The notes: generated from the letters alone by a model not told the origin. A DNA stretch of 20,000 nucleotides from Wickerhamiella versatilis (GCA_030867685.1 JAQOWU010000003.1:1347226-1367225); one strand, 5' to 3'. Positions 1 through 10,862 are shown, counted from the stretch's first letter. Translations and numbers: made by a program.

Positions 1-2
1 AT

Positions 3-86
3 GATGAAGAAGGCGACGAGGACGATGAGGGCAGCGTCGCTGAGGGCACCAAAAAGGAGGTTCCACCAGAGTGTAAGCAGCAATAG
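3..86 (+). CDS. NAP1: 3' end of nucleosome assembly protein Nap1 (partial, begins upstream of the window)
   Basis: The frame from position 3 reads DEEGDEDDEGSVAEGTKKEVPPECKQQ-stop (TAG 84-86). An acidic tail ending in PECKQQ is typical of Nap1 C-termini. Only 27 codons are visible. Confidence 0.75.
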   Translation, partial: DEEGDEDDEGSVAEGTKKEVPPECKQQ

Positions 87-229
87 TCGTTGCACTCAAA
101 TTTATGTCAACTATTACGGGCAATTGATTTTGTCAATTTAGCACTTAGCTCGAGAATCTAATTATTCCTAGATGCTGACCACCATAGCCGACTTGAAAAT
201 TTGGACCACATCCGCTGACTCACCCACAA

Positions 230-3229
230 ATGGAGGTGCTTCATCAACTGCTGGCCGGCACCTTTACAGCTGATGTACATACGCGTCACCATGCTGAACA
301 GGCTCTGCAAGAGGCAGAGTCCCAGCCGCAGTTTATTCAAACAATGTTACAACTTGTCATGTCTCCAGAGGTGCAAATACCGATTCGCACCAGTGCAGCT
401 GTGTACCTGAAAAATAAGATCGTACGCGGATGGGACATCCTAAGTGATTCAGATAAGGAGCAGTTTCGGCCGCAATTAATGGTGGCACTAGCCAGTGCGC
501 CCCAAGCCCACCGTGCGTTACTTCGAGAAATGCTAACCAAAGTGATAGGTGCCGATTTCCCCCAGAAGTGGCCCCAATTACTCGAACAGATCAAGGAAAT
601 GCTGGCAAGCAGCCATGGAGAGCAAGTTTGGGCAGGTTTGACCACTTTTATGGTTCTTACGCGCTATTTTCGCTACCAAACTTCCCAGGGACTACGCGGC
701 TTGGAGCCCATCCTGGCCGAGTTCTGGCCAGCTATCCTTCACATTTCCGAGACCTTGGTATCTCAAGGGAACTTGTCACCGGAGTCTGCACTAATGCTTT
801 ATGATTTCGCGAAGATCTATAAGTTTTCAACTGCACGTAGCATGCCCAAGATCTTACAACTGCCTGAGTACGCGGGACGTACGGTCGCAGTTCTCCTTTC
901 GATACTTATGGCCAATCTACCGGCGGAGGAATGGCGAGCCAAGAAGTGGGCTGCTTACGACCTCATGCGAACTCACATGGCATACATTGGCAGTCGCTCG
1001 CGTCTTACGGAAGCCTCGCAAGAACTATCTGATTTCAGAAAAAATTATCTTGCATGCTATACGCCAGAAATTATCAACGTCACACTCCAACTTTTGGGGG
1101 GCTCAGCTAGCTTGCCAGATGTGGTAGTGCACCATCTGGTTAGCTTCCTTGATGCATGTGTTGATCTCAAAGTGACCTGGCAAATCCTCGAACCACATCT
1201 CCCTGGTCTCATTGGCCAAATAGCTTTTCGACTCCTATGCCCCACTGAGAATGACATCGACCTGTTCGATGACGACCCTACTGAATATGTCCATCGATGT
1301 ATTGACTTTACCAATGACTTTTCAAGTCCCGCGAATGCAGCAGCTGGTTTTCTTGGTACACTGGTTCTTAAAAAGAAGCAAGCATTTGAGCCTGCCATTC
1401 AGTTTATGCAGAGTAATCTAATGGAGTTGGAAAGTGGACCCTCTGATTTACCGAATGCTATCAAACTTGCTGGTGCCCTCAGATTTATGCAAACTCTAGC
1501 ACCCGCTCTAACGAGAAAGTCGAGCCCAGTTAGGGATGAAATTGAAAGCCTACTGGCTCGCTGGGTGATCCCTCAGTTGAGTAGTGTCCACGGGTTCTTA
1601 AGATCGAGGGCATGTCAGGTGGTGAACTCACTGGCAGAGGCTCCTATATCAGATAGAAGCATTCTTCAGAGAATTTGGGAGGGAGTCGCGCAGTGCTTTT
1701 TTGATCGTGAAAACTTACCAGTACAAGTTGATGCTGCGCTGACACTTCAAGCTTTGCTTTTGGCACACGAGGATGTTCGGGCAGCCATGGAAAGTCACGT
1801 CACTGATTTTGTACGCGTCTTACTTGACCTCACCAAACGTATAGATCTGGAGAGTTTACTTGGCGTTCTGGACGAGCTTGTTAATGCATATCCTGAACAA
1901 ATAAAGCCATTCGCCGTTGAGCTTGCAGCGAACCTTCGTGATAAGTATCTGACTCTTTCAGCAGAGATCTCAGACCAGCAGGACTTTGACGCAATAGACG
2001 ATAAGATTAGCGCTGGTCTTGGTATATTAAAGTCTCTCAGCGGTTTGAACCTCAGTCTGGAGAATCAGCATGACTTACTTGTGGCACTAAGTGAGACCGT
2101 CTCCCCTATATTCGCATCGACTTATCATAGCATGCATCTTGACTTCCTTCCTGAAACACTGGAATTACACGACAATACGATCTATTCTTGCAAGACAGTG
2201 ACACCCCAATACTGGGAGATTTTTCCCTCGTTGATAGCTGTGCTTCAGGAAAGCAATTTTGATTTCATTGATGATGCCCTTCCAGTATTGGAAGGATATA
2301 CTACATATGGCATATCAGGGTTCGACGATAAGAATTTGAACTTGGTGCTTCGGGGAGTAGTCATGGCGATTTTGGGCACGCAGAATGCTACAATTGATGA
2401 CAAGATATGTGCACTTCAGCTCGGAACTCGCCTTTTCGAAACAGCCGCAATCAACAGCGACTCTTTTGCTATACCTGTTCTCGAAGTTGCCCTTCAACGC
2501 CTCAAGTGGGATGCTGAAAATCTCCCACAAATGAACAAGCGGTACGTAGTGCATCTCATCTCGCTGGTACTTGCCATACTTGTTAAAATGCCAGAAACAG
2601 TCACTTTTCTAGACTCGCATGGGGCGATCCCGTTCCTACTTTCAACATGGTTTTCTAATTTACAGCATTTCACCCGTGTACCTGACCTTAAACTCGTTGA
2701 ACTGGCTTGCTTGTCCATGTTGACAATTGACCAATTGAAGCCACAAGCCCCACAATTACTTTCTGCACTTTGCACGGTTTTGGAAGCATTACCGGAGGCT
2801 CTGAAACGTCGCGACGAGCTCCAAAAGGAAATGGAAGACCCGCATTTCGACGATTTCGATTTCGAAGACGATTGGTCTGAGGATGAAGATGATGGTGTCG
2901 ATGAAGAAGAAGTTGCGCGTGAAAATGATGGCTTTGTTGTGCAAGGTCAGCCACAGATGCAACAGCCCTCAGACCCCTCTGGAACTCAAACTGATGATTC
3001 TACGGAAGAAACTGTCAAGCCATCAGTACTTTCATTCTTCGATAACGACTTCCTGCGTGAAGATGTTTATTCGGGATCTCCTCTGGATTCCCTCGACCCT
3101 TGGCTCGCGTTGAAACAAGCTTTTACCTCAATCCAGGATTCCCAGCCACAATATTACGGTCAGCTAATTTCTGTATTGTCTGATCATAATCGCCAAGTTC
3201 TGGAGTCTGCAATTGAAAGAATAAAATAG
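230..3229 (+). CDS. NMD5: Importin-7/8 family karyopherin beta (Nmd5/Sxm1-like)
   Basis: 999-aa ORF. It has an importin N-terminal signature (AEQALQE...SAAVYLKNKIVRGW), DFPQKWP, a Cse1-like central motif (LFDDDPTEYVHR, FLRSRAC, LPVQVDAALTL) and an acidic stretch near the C-terminus. Confidence 0.88.
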   Translation: MEVLHQLLAGTFTADVHTRHHAEQALQEAESQPQFIQTMLQLVMSPEVQIPIRTSAAVYLKNKIVRGWDILSDSDKEQFRPQLMVALASAPQAHRALLREMLTKVIGADFPQKWPQLLEQIKEMLASSHGEQVWAGLTTFMVLTRYFRYQTSQGLRGLEPILAEFWPAILHISETLVSQGNLSPESALMLYDFAKIYKFSTARSMPKILQLPEYAGRTVAVLLSILMANLPAEEWRAKKWAAYDLMRTHMAYIGSRSRLTEASQELSDFRKNYLACYTPEIINVTLQLLGGSASLPDVVVHHLVSFLDACVDLKVTWQILEPHLPGLIGQIAFRLLCPTENDIDLFDDDPTEYVHRCIDFTNDFSSPANAAAGFLGTLVLKKKQAFEPAIQFMQSNLMELESGPSDLPNAIKLAGALRFMQTLAPALTRKSSPVRDEIESLLARWVIPQLSSVHGFLRSRACQVVNSLAEAPISDRSILQRIWEGVAQCFFDRENLPVQVDAALTLQALLLAHEDVRAAMESHVTDFVRVLLDLTKRIDLESLLGVLDELVNAYPEQIKPFAVELAANLRDKYLTLSAEISDQQDFDAIDDKISAGLGILKSLSGLNLSLENQHDLLVALSETVSPIFASTYHSMHLDFLPETLELHDNTIYSCKTVTPQYWEIFPSLIAVLQESNFDFIDDALPVLEGYTTYGISGFDDKNLNLVLRGVVMAILGTQNATIDDKICALQLGTRLFETAAINSDSFAIPVLEVALQRLKWDAENLPQMNKRYVVHLISLVLAILVKMPETVTFLDSHGAIPFLLSTWFSNLQHFTRVPDLKLVELACLSMLTIDQLKPQAPQLLSALCTVLEALPEALKRRDELQKEMEDPHFDDFDFEDDWSEDEDDGVDEEEVARENDGFVVQGQPQMQQPSDPSGTQTDDSTEETVKPSVLSFFDNDFLREDVYSGSPLDSLDPWLALKQAFTSIQDSQPQYYGQLISVLSDHNRQVLESAIERIK

Positions 3230-3508
3230 AAACTTATAATGACCTAGGTGTGCTGCGCAACTTAGGATTAAATATCCATGCCGTGCTTAGAGGCATGGTG
3301 TATATACAAATACATAAAAAAGAAAGTAATCTAGGATGATATTATGTTGGTGTCAGGAATACATGACGAGTGGGGTAAACCCATAAATCCACTCACGTTA
3401 GGTAGTTCAAAAGAAAGAAAAATAATTTCTGTAAGGAGGCTTACATTTGGTTAAAACTGTCTCCTATTTCGTGCACGACTCATTCGTAGACTCGATGTTA
3501 CCGCTTAC

Positions 3509-5896
3509 ATGAACTTCGCGCATCTATGGAGATGCCCGTCACCAGTCACTGCAGTTGCTGCCCATAATGAGCAGATATTTGCTGGCACAATACATGGTGA
3601 AATCTATGAATACAATCTTGTAACTTGTCAACTTGCTCAGTATTGGAAAGCGCATTCTGCCTCCATTTTGGTATTACACATTTCAGCTGATGGTTATCTT
3701 TTTAGCGGAAGTGGTGATTCGCTCGTAAAGGTGTGGAACCTCCCTTCAGTAATGTTGAAGTTCACATTATATTGTTGCACGGACGTTGGTGATGTTTTTT
3801 CGTTGGCCTACATCCCTGAAAATCGCACAGTGTATTTTGGGACTCAAAACGCTTCCATCCATTGGATGACTCTACCTGCATTAGAAGAGGAGGTCATAAT
3901 TCCCCCAGAGCGTCCGTCGAGTAGTAAGAGTCATCCAGCAGTGCGCCCATCACGATTCTTTGACAGCGCTGGACCAGGTGGGGTGCTGGCACCACAGCAA
4001 CAGGAAAAAACCATATTACAGGAATACCTGGATGCAGATTCGACCCTTGTTGAAATACCGCCAGAGAACTCTATTTCTTTCGCGCATTTTTCAGCTGTCT
4101 CGACGATGGCGGCAATAGGTAAACATTTGCTCGCAACTGGATGTGAAGACGGCGTTCTTAAGTTATGGCAAATTGATAGGGATTCTCCGCCGACTGAGCT
4201 GTATCGCATGCAGATGGATCAGCCTATTCTATCCATGAGCTTTGCTAGTACATGGCAGCCGGGTTGTGGGCTAGAAGATGGTACACTTGTACTATTTGAT
4301 GTTGAAACATTTCAAGCATTGAGTCATAAGGTAGCTAAGACACCAATTTTGTCTCTCAGTTTCATTCATGGCATGTGGTTCACCGCTAGCGGTTCCATCA
4401 CTCGTGCGCTAGACCAAAATTTTGGTTACCTTGCTGAATGGGATACTGAATCTTTAATCACATCTACTTCCTATGTGAAATCTTATTTGATAACAGGCTC
4501 TCAGAATGGTCATATAGCCATTTGGCATATGCCTGATCATGCAGTCAGCGTCGAAAGTAGCCCAAATAGTCCACAGGCATATCTTTCTGATACTAATATG
4601 ATGGAGACATTAAGGCGTCTAGTAGGATATCGCACAGTGAGCTCTCGTGAGAACACATGGTTTTCTGAGTGTCGCCAATGTGCCATAGATATTCGAGATC
4701 TGTTGCGAAGATTTGGAAGCCAGGCTGATTTTCTTCCCATCGATGGAGGTAACCCTATTATAGTGGCGAAATTCTCCCCAAAAAATCCACAAGCGCATAT
4801 TGTATTTTATGGCCATTATGATGTCATTGACGCAAATGATAGTGATGAGTGGGCATTACCTCCATTTAAGATGACGAGCGTAGATGGTTATGTCCATGGA
4901 CGCGGCGTTTCTGATAACAAGGGACCTCTAGTTGCAGCTATTTTCGCAGTGGCGGAACTTTATGCTTCAAAAGAGCTCGATGTCAGCGTTACGTTTCTTA
5001 TAGAAGGTGAGGAGGAGACTGGATCGTACGGCTTTGCTGAGGCTGTATCAAAAGCTGGGATCGAAAAGCCTGACTGGGTGCTTTTCAGTAACTCCTACTG
5101 GATCGATGATGTTCATCCGTGTCTAAATTATGGACTGCGTGGTGTCGTTCATGCGGAGGTTGAAGTAGTAAGTGATACCGTTGACAGACATTCTGGCATG
5201 GAAGGAGGTTCTTCTCGAGAGCCGACAATAGACATGATTAATCTTTTGTCCACACTCACGGTACCAAATTCTGGCAAAATTGCAATTCCAAACTTTGATT
5301 CGCCAGTGCTTCCAGTAAGTGACAAAGAACGAGTATTGTACGAGGAAATTTTAAAACATAATGATGCTGGATCATCAGTTTATGAACTAATGCAAAAATG
5401 GAGATTTCCCTCGTTGACTGTTCATCGCGTAGAGGTCAGTGGACCTGGAAACGTGACTGTGATTCCTGCAAAAGTGAATGCGGCCATCTCACTACGTCTG
5501 GTACCAAACCAAACCTCAAACATGGTGAAAGGGCTTCTTTCTAGCTTTTTGCATAGCGAATTTGCGAAACTTAAGACTTCGAATCATCTTAAGATCCACT
5601 GGCGCGGTAGCGCGGACCCTTGGTTGGGCGATCCAAGCAATGCAGCATTTGGTCTGCTTCATGATGCCACGACTGAAGTTTGGGGTGTACCACCACTTTA
5701 TATCCGTGAAGGTGGTAGTATTCCTGTTGCCCGAACATTAGAACGAATATTTGATGCCCCAGCGGCCCAACTTCCCTGCGGTCAAAGCTCAGACGGAGCT
5801 CACCTTGATAATGAACGTCTGCGTATCACAAATTTTCTTAATGCACGTGCTGTGTTTAAGCTGGTATTTCAGCGCATTGGTTCTAGGAAAACTTAA
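3509..5896 (+). CDS. DUG2: Glutathione degradosome subunit Dug2 (WD40 repeats + M20 peptidase-like domain)
   Basis: N-terminal WD40 repeats (LFSGSGDSLVKVW, LATGCEDGVLKLW) are fused to M20 motifs (FYGHYDVI, GRGVSDNKGP, EGEEETGS, REGGSIP, AHLDNER). This fusion defines Dug2. Confidence 0.93.
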   Translation: MNFAHLWRCPSPVTAVAAHNEQIFAGTIHGEIYEYNLVTCQLAQYWKAHSASILVLHISADGYLFSGSGDSLVKVWNLPSVMLKFTLYCCTDVGDVFSLAYIPENRTVYFGTQNASIHWMTLPALEEEVIIPPERPSSSKSHPAVRPSRFFDSAGPGGVLAPQQQEKTILQEYLDADSTLVEIPPENSISFAHFSAVSTMAAIGKHLLATGCEDGVLKLWQIDRDSPPTELYRMQMDQPILSMSFASTWQPGCGLEDGTLVLFDVETFQALSHKVAKTPILSLSFIHGMWFTASGSITRALDQNFGYLAEWDTESLITSTSYVKSYLITGSQNGHIAIWHMPDHAVSVESSPNSPQAYLSDTNMMETLRRLVGYRTVSSRENTWFSECRQCAIDIRDLLRRFGSQADFLPIDGGNPIIVAKFSPKNPQAHIVFYGHYDVIDANDSDEWALPPFKMTSVDGYVHGRGVSDNKGPLVAAIFAVAELYASKELDVSVTFLIEGEEETGSYGFAEAVSKAGIEKPDWVLFSNSYWIDDVHPCLNYGLRGVVHAEVEVVSDTVDRHSGMEGGSSREPTIDMINLLSTLTVPNSGKIAIPNFDSPVLPVSDKERVLYEEILKHNDAGSSVYELMQKWRFPSLTVHRVEVSGPGNVTVIPAKVNAAISLRLVPNQTSNMVKGLLSSFLHSEFAKLKTSNHLKIHWRGSADPWLGDPSNAAFGLLHDATTEVWGVPPLYIREGGSIPVARTLERIFDAPAAQLPCGQSSDGAHLDNERLRITNFLNARAVFKLVFQRIGSRKT

Positions 5897-6090
5897 TACC
5901 GTGATTGGGCCCAAAATATAGCATTTCAATAGATTAATTTTACCAATGTCTCAAAAGCTTTTGCAACATACTTACTTCAGTATTATCAGTAAATACTACA
6001 ATATTAATTTATTTTTTCGTTGGAAAAATCTCGATCCATATCGTGTAATAGCCTTATCACCAAAGTAGGTAGTCGGTCTCCAGCTTACAC

Positions 6091-8574
6091 ATGATATTTA
6101 CTGGTCGAGCTCGTCGAGGCCGCCCAATAAACTTGAGTGGCAAACAGCAACTGAGCAGGGATGATGTTCTGCGAAGAGCTGAAGCTCAGCGTAAGGAAAG
6201 GGAGACAGTACGTCGTGAGCAACATGCTTGCAGGGTAATTCAAATTAGGTGGCGCTCCTTGCAAGCAGTCCGGAGTGCCAGGCGTGAAATTCTAACTGTA
6301 TTTCTTCAAGACCCCACAGCTGTACCTCCGGAATATTTTGTTCCTGTGCTACCCTGGGCACCAGAATCCCTGGCAATTCAGTCGTTGAAACTCATACATG
6401 GTGGTTCTTCCAGATTGTGTTCTCGACTTGTCAACTTATGCTTAGCTTGTGATGGACATCTGCGCACTGTGTGTTTGGAGGTAATCGCTCAATGTGATAC
6501 TCATCCAAGTGTAGCACTATTGGTTGGTCTACCAGACTCAGAACCTTTACATGTAGCGCTCAGGAAGTGCGCCACCGTTTATCCTAGAGAATTTATACAA
6601 GGGCTCTTGCATTCATCCAAAGAAGTGCCCTTTAGTGTTCTGGAGCCTCTTAAGGATGCACCACTTTTCAATATTGATGGATTGGACGTAATACCACTTG
6701 CAGCCCGATTAGCCCCTTATCCTCAATTCTCTCGCGTTGTTGCTTCATTAATTGCATCTCTAAGTTTCATTCGAGAGGTGAGTGCTAATGAGAGGCAGGC
6801 CCTCTCACCATGTGTATCAAAAGAAAGCATATACCAAGTCTGTGGTCATGAATTAGATATGCAAATTATCGCCAGTTATTTCCTTAACCTCTTCCAGATT
6901 CTGCCAGAGCATAAACCAGAGATTCTTTTGCACTTATCTTTTGCCGTTCGTTCCCCACCTATGGCTGTTAGAGCATGGCATAGTTATATTTCCCATGGTG
7001 GAGAGTCCCTCAGTCTAGCTGTCGAGCTTTGGTCTTGGTGGTTACCAGTAACCCCAGATTCAGAGATTTTTAAGAGTGAGCGCTTAGGTTTCACCCCTCA
7101 GATGTTCGAGAACGTAGCTGAGGAGCTTCGAGACATGTGTTTTGAATATCTTTGGTCGGGTACCACTACACATACCCGCGCTCCTTTTAATTCTACATTT
7201 CTCAATTTTCTAAGACAAATTTATATTCGGGATGCTCGTCGGAAACTATTCTCTGATGGATTTTGGCTTATGGAGCATCATATGGCAACCAATTGGGATA
7301 AAGTTGCTGAAGAACAATGGTGGATACCATCATACGATGAGGAATATGAGCATTCTACGTCGGCACCGGTTCGAATTCTACAAAAGGCGCCGTTTTTCGT
7401 GCAATTCAGCAACCGTGTCGGACTCCTCTATCGACTAATTGATCGCGACAGACAACAAACAAGTTTGTCTTCATTATGGGGACCTCGTGTTCATCATGAT
7501 ATAAATAGAGAGACACTGGTGGATGATGCAGAAACTGTATTCGCAGAACTAGGGCCACGTATCAAAGATGATCTTGCTGTAAGACTAGTATCAAATGGGG
7601 TGCCCGAGGCTGGCATTGATGGCGGAGGTTTGACGAAGGAAGTTTTGACAGCGATAGCTGCTGAAGCTTTCACTCCTCAGTCGCCATACTGGTGCGAGAC
7701 GCCCAGTCATACTCTGATCCCAAACCCAATATGGAGCGAGCGGCCCTGGCCTAACGGGATTGAAGCTGCACGAGCAAAATACCGATTTCTCGGTCAAGTT
7801 GTTGGGAAATGCTTGTATGAAAATCTCTTAATAGATGTTGAATTCTCTTATGTGTTCCTGATGAAATGGGCTGGTGCGTCAGCCACGCGAGCTTCTTTTG
7901 ACGACCTTTATCTACTGGACTTGGACCTATATAACTCACTTGTCAGTTTATTACATCTCAGTCCAAGTGATATTGAAGCATTGGACTTGGATTTCACTAT
8001 TCAAGGCCCAGGTTCTACTGTGGTGGAGCTCAAACCTCATGGGGCACAAGTACAATTGACGGATTCCAATAAACTCGAGTATGCCAGATGTGTTGCAAAC
8101 TATAAATTGAACAATGAAATGGGCCCGCAGACTAATTGGTTTTTGCAGGGCTTCGGAGAAATCATTAACTTAGCATGGCTGCAGATGTTCAACGGATCAG
8201 AAATTCAAATGCTTATCAGTGGGGGTCATCAAGACATTGATATTGAAGACTTGAGAGCACATGCTGAGTTTAGTGGATGGGCATTTGATTCCCCAACGTT
8301 AGAGAATTTGTGGCATGTGCTTCATGAGTTTAATTCTGACCAAAGAAAGGCATTTCTCAAGTTTGTTACCTCAGTGCCAAGAGGTCCTCTTTTGGGGTTT
8401 AAGCATCTTACTCCACGTTTTGGAATTCGCTGTGCAGGTCGTAGCGATGAACGACTTCCAACATCCTCAACTTGTGTGAATTTACTAAAGATACCCGAAT
8501 ATAGTTCGAAGGAGATACTTCGTAATAAGCTTCTGTACTCCATTGAATCAGGAGCTGGATTCGACCTCAGTTGA
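6091..8574 (+). CDS. HUL5: HECT E3 ubiquitin ligase, Hul5/UBE3C family
   Basis: It has an N-terminal MIFTG..R...INLSG and an IQ-like motif (ACRVIQIRWRS). The HECT domain contains EAGIDGGGLTKE and the catalytic LPTSSTCVNLL, and the protein ends in GAGFDLS. Confidence 0.93.
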   Translation: MIFTGRARRGRPINLSGKQQLSRDDVLRRAEAQRKERETVRREQHACRVIQIRWRSLQAVRSARREILTVFLQDPTAVPPEYFVPVLPWAPESLAIQSLKLIHGGSSRLCSRLVNLCLACDGHLRTVCLEVIAQCDTHPSVALLVGLPDSEPLHVALRKCATVYPREFIQGLLHSSKEVPFSVLEPLKDAPLFNIDGLDVIPLAARLAPYPQFSRVVASLIASLSFIREVSANERQALSPCVSKESIYQVCGHELDMQIIASYFLNLFQILPEHKPEILLHLSFAVRSPPMAVRAWHSYISHGGESLSLAVELWSWWLPVTPDSEIFKSERLGFTPQMFENVAEELRDMCFEYLWSGTTTHTRAPFNSTFLNFLRQIYIRDARRKLFSDGFWLMEHHMATNWDKVAEEQWWIPSYDEEYEHSTSAPVRILQKAPFFVQFSNRVGLLYRLIDRDRQQTSLSSLWGPRVHHDINRETLVDDAETVFAELGPRIKDDLAVRLVSNGVPEAGIDGGGLTKEVLTAIAAEAFTPQSPYWCETPSHTLIPNPIWSERPWPNGIEAARAKYRFLGQVVGKCLYENLLIDVEFSYVFLMKWAGASATRASFDDLYLLDLDLYNSLVSLLHLSPSDIEALDLDFTIQGPGSTVVELKPHGAQVQLTDSNKLEYARCVANYKLNNEMGPQTNWFLQGFGEIINLAWLQMFNGSEIQMLISGGHQDIDIEDLRAHAEFSGWAFDSPTLENLWHVLHEFNSDQRKAFLKFVTSVPRGPLLGFKHLTPRFGIRCAGRSDERLPTSSTCVNLLKIPEYSSKEILRNKLLYSIESGAGFDLS

Positions 8575-8723
8575 ATTCTAAAGCATAAATGCCTAAATTT
8601 AAAGTCTAAATTTTGCTCTATGTTGCCAGAGTTTGATATATATTCACCCTAAACCTCCTAGTGAGGACTAAGCCAGCAGCGCCTGAAAAACCATTTATCT
8701 TAGGTTATTCAATCTTTGATCTG

Positions 8724-9863
8724 ATGGCTATGAGTTTAGCTCGAAGAATAGTGTCTTCAGCTCAATCAATAGAACCTCAAAATAATGAGACACAAAATCA
8801 TTCAACTTCTCACGGTAAGCATAGGCAGTCACCTCTCCAATCCACACTGCCTCCAGTGGTCCAACCCCAAACGGACCTAATTAAACAGGTAAATGACGGC
8901 TATGGTGTGGATATAGGTCCCTTTATTCTGCATGAAGAGCCAAAACTGATCTGCTGTAGTAAATGTGATAGTCGGTCAAATCCTCTTCGAATATCAGATC
9001 TTAAGCAACACGTCAAACAATTCCATTCTGTGAATGGCACTCCCAAAAAAGAATTTGAAGATGCGCGAATCCAACTTGTGATGAAGATAGGCAATAGCGA
9101 AGAATATCAAACAATTCCCACAATACAGGGTCCGATTCGGGCACTAAGAGGTTTGAGAATCAATGCAGAAGGAGTAAAATGTGGTGGATGTTCCTGGGCC
9201 CGCTCCCGTTCTAGTTTGGTTCGTGTACAGCAGCACGCCCGGTCAGCTCATGATCGTCCTTATGAGGTAGTTGAGAATGTCAAGGTGCAGGTCGGAAAGA
9301 GAGGCGAGCACGGGTCATTTCTTGTTTATGAAACGTATCCAGAACTACAAAAGTTGCTAGAAAAAAGGCCTGCTATGCCAATGGCTGAGTCTCATCGTGA
9401 TGCACGTCAGCCAGATCCCGAATCTACTTTGGTCAGTAGTGAGGAGGAGTATGGAGCATCAGTAAGTCCACACAGCTCCCTTTCTTCTCCAAAATCTAAA
9501 AAACGCCGAAAGGGGCTGAACTATAAGCCAATCAGTGAATTAGCTAGATCTGTCCTATCCAGCGGGAGTGTGCCAGAGACGCAAATGACACTTGAAAAGC
9601 AGAAATTACTGCGAGTTTATGCAGATACATTAAGCGAGACCGCCAAGTTACTCGATATTCCGGCAACAGAACACCATCGGTGCTTTGTTCGCTCAATGTG
9701 TGCATTGGTAGTTCAAGAGGCAGCCTGGCAGCTTCAAGATACCAGAATGGCCCCCTTCATGGCTTCTGCTGCCCGAAGTATCACTGCTGACCCAGGTTTG
9801 TTCGAAACACTAGTATTAGGTGTTGTTGATGTCCTACAGAATCCAAATGAATTTGGTCCCTAG
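8724..9863 (+). CDS. Hypothetical nuclear protein with two C2H2-like zinc modules (DUF3505/OrsD-like)
   Basis: The ORF-track start at 8661 is GTG; the first in-frame ATG is 8724. Motifs are LICCSKC...LKQHVKQFH, GPIRALRGL, GVKCGGC...VQQHARSAH and VKVQ, plus an NLS-like PKSKKRRK. The domain call is from remembered motif spacing. Confidence 0.6.
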   Translation: MAMSLARRIVSSAQSIEPQNNETQNHSTSHGKHRQSPLQSTLPPVVQPQTDLIKQVNDGYGVDIGPFILHEEPKLICCSKCDSRSNPLRISDLKQHVKQFHSVNGTPKKEFEDARIQLVMKIGNSEEYQTIPTIQGPIRALRGLRINAEGVKCGGCSWARSRSSLVRVQQHARSAHDRPYEVVENVKVQVGKRGEHGSFLVYETYPELQKLLEKRPAMPMAESHRDARQPDPESTLVSSEEEYGASVSPHSSLSSPKSKKRRKGLNYKPISELARSVLSSGSVPETQMTLEKQKLLRVYADTLSETAKLLDIPATEHHRCFVRSMCALVVQEAAWQLQDTRMAPFMASAARSITADPGLFETLVLGVVDVLQNPNEFGP

Positions 9864-10000
9864 TTCGTTTGCATATATTTGCCTCTTAATGTGAGAAATA
9901 TACATCTAATTCAGAATGATAATTACAGGTTTTTTAATGATGGAAAGCAGGACTCAAGGTCGCAAAACTGTGTCGTCGTATCCCCACGCTTTTTTTTGCT

Positions 10001-10759
10001 ATGGAAAATAGCGAAGAACTGTTTGAGAAAAGAAATACTGATCTGGAATTGAGAAATGCACAAAGCTTAGCTGATCGACTCCGAACACGACTAGCTGATG
10101 CTTATCGTGAGCTAGACATGCAGGGCCCCAAATTGCGGCAGTTGGCGCGGACTGTGGAGCAAGCACAGGCTTCAAATCTTAAGAAAGATGCACAAATACG
10201 TAGTCTCCAAGGTGATGTCCGCGAGTGCAGTGCCCGTGTTTCGCGTATGGAAATGCGCGCAAAAAAGATGGAGACTGCACTATCTACAGCCCGCTCAAAA
10301 TATGGCAGCGAGCTGCGCAAACGTGATGTCCAAGAGGAGAAACTTCTACGTGAATTGCGCCGAGTTCAGGCGTCCCCGTCGGTACCAGCACCCAAAATTC
10401 CCACCATGATGTTCCAATCACATGAAGAACGAGCCCTGGTGGTCTTTGATAACGAGCAAAAGAGGCTTGCACAAGAATTAGAGCGCCGTTTGGAGTCTCT
10501 ATGCCATAGATTCAATGCAGCAGAATTCTCAGGTCCACCTATAGATCGGTTGGAGAAGGCTATCGTTGCGATGGAGCAGCGTCACGCAGTTCAACTTCAG
10601 CAAGAAATTGAGCGCAGCGAGGGGCTCCAGAAAAAATTGTGGCAGATGAAAGAGGAGCTGGATGAGAAGACCGCACTTTGCAAGCGGGACGTTGAGACTT
10701 TGGAAAAATGGAGTCAATATGTACGTGATAAAGATCTTCTTCAAGTCGCGGGGATTTGA
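10001..10759 (+). CDS. Coiled-coil protein, possibly ADIP/Msd1-like (afadin/alpha-actinin-binding family)
   Basis: 252-aa ORF that is almost entirely heptad-like and E/K/R/L-rich. ELRKRDVQEEKL resembles the end of the fungal ADIP domain. The gene itself is likely real; the family is tentative. Confidence 0.55.
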   Translation: MENSEELFEKRNTDLELRNAQSLADRLRTRLADAYRELDMQGPKLRQLARTVEQAQASNLKKDAQIRSLQGDVRECSARVSRMEMRAKKMETALSTARSKYGSELRKRDVQEEKLLRELRRVQASPSVPAPKIPTMMFQSHEERALVVFDNEQKRLAQELERRLESLCHRFNAAEFSGPPIDRLEKAIVAMEQRHAVQLQQEIERSEGLQKKLWQMKEELDEKTALCKRDVETLEKWSQYVRDKDLLQVAGI

Positions 10760-10854
10760 ACGCGATGAATTATATATACAAAATGTTTATTTATTCAATA
10801 TCCTCCATTTTGAGGAGGTTAGCTATTTGTTTCATCACCTTAGATAGCAATATC

Positions 10855-10862
10855 TATATAAA
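10855..10862 (+). promoter_or_regulatory. Consensus TATA box upstream of the aldo-keto reductase
   Basis: TATATAAA ends 38 bp before the ATG at 10901. Confidence 0.5.
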
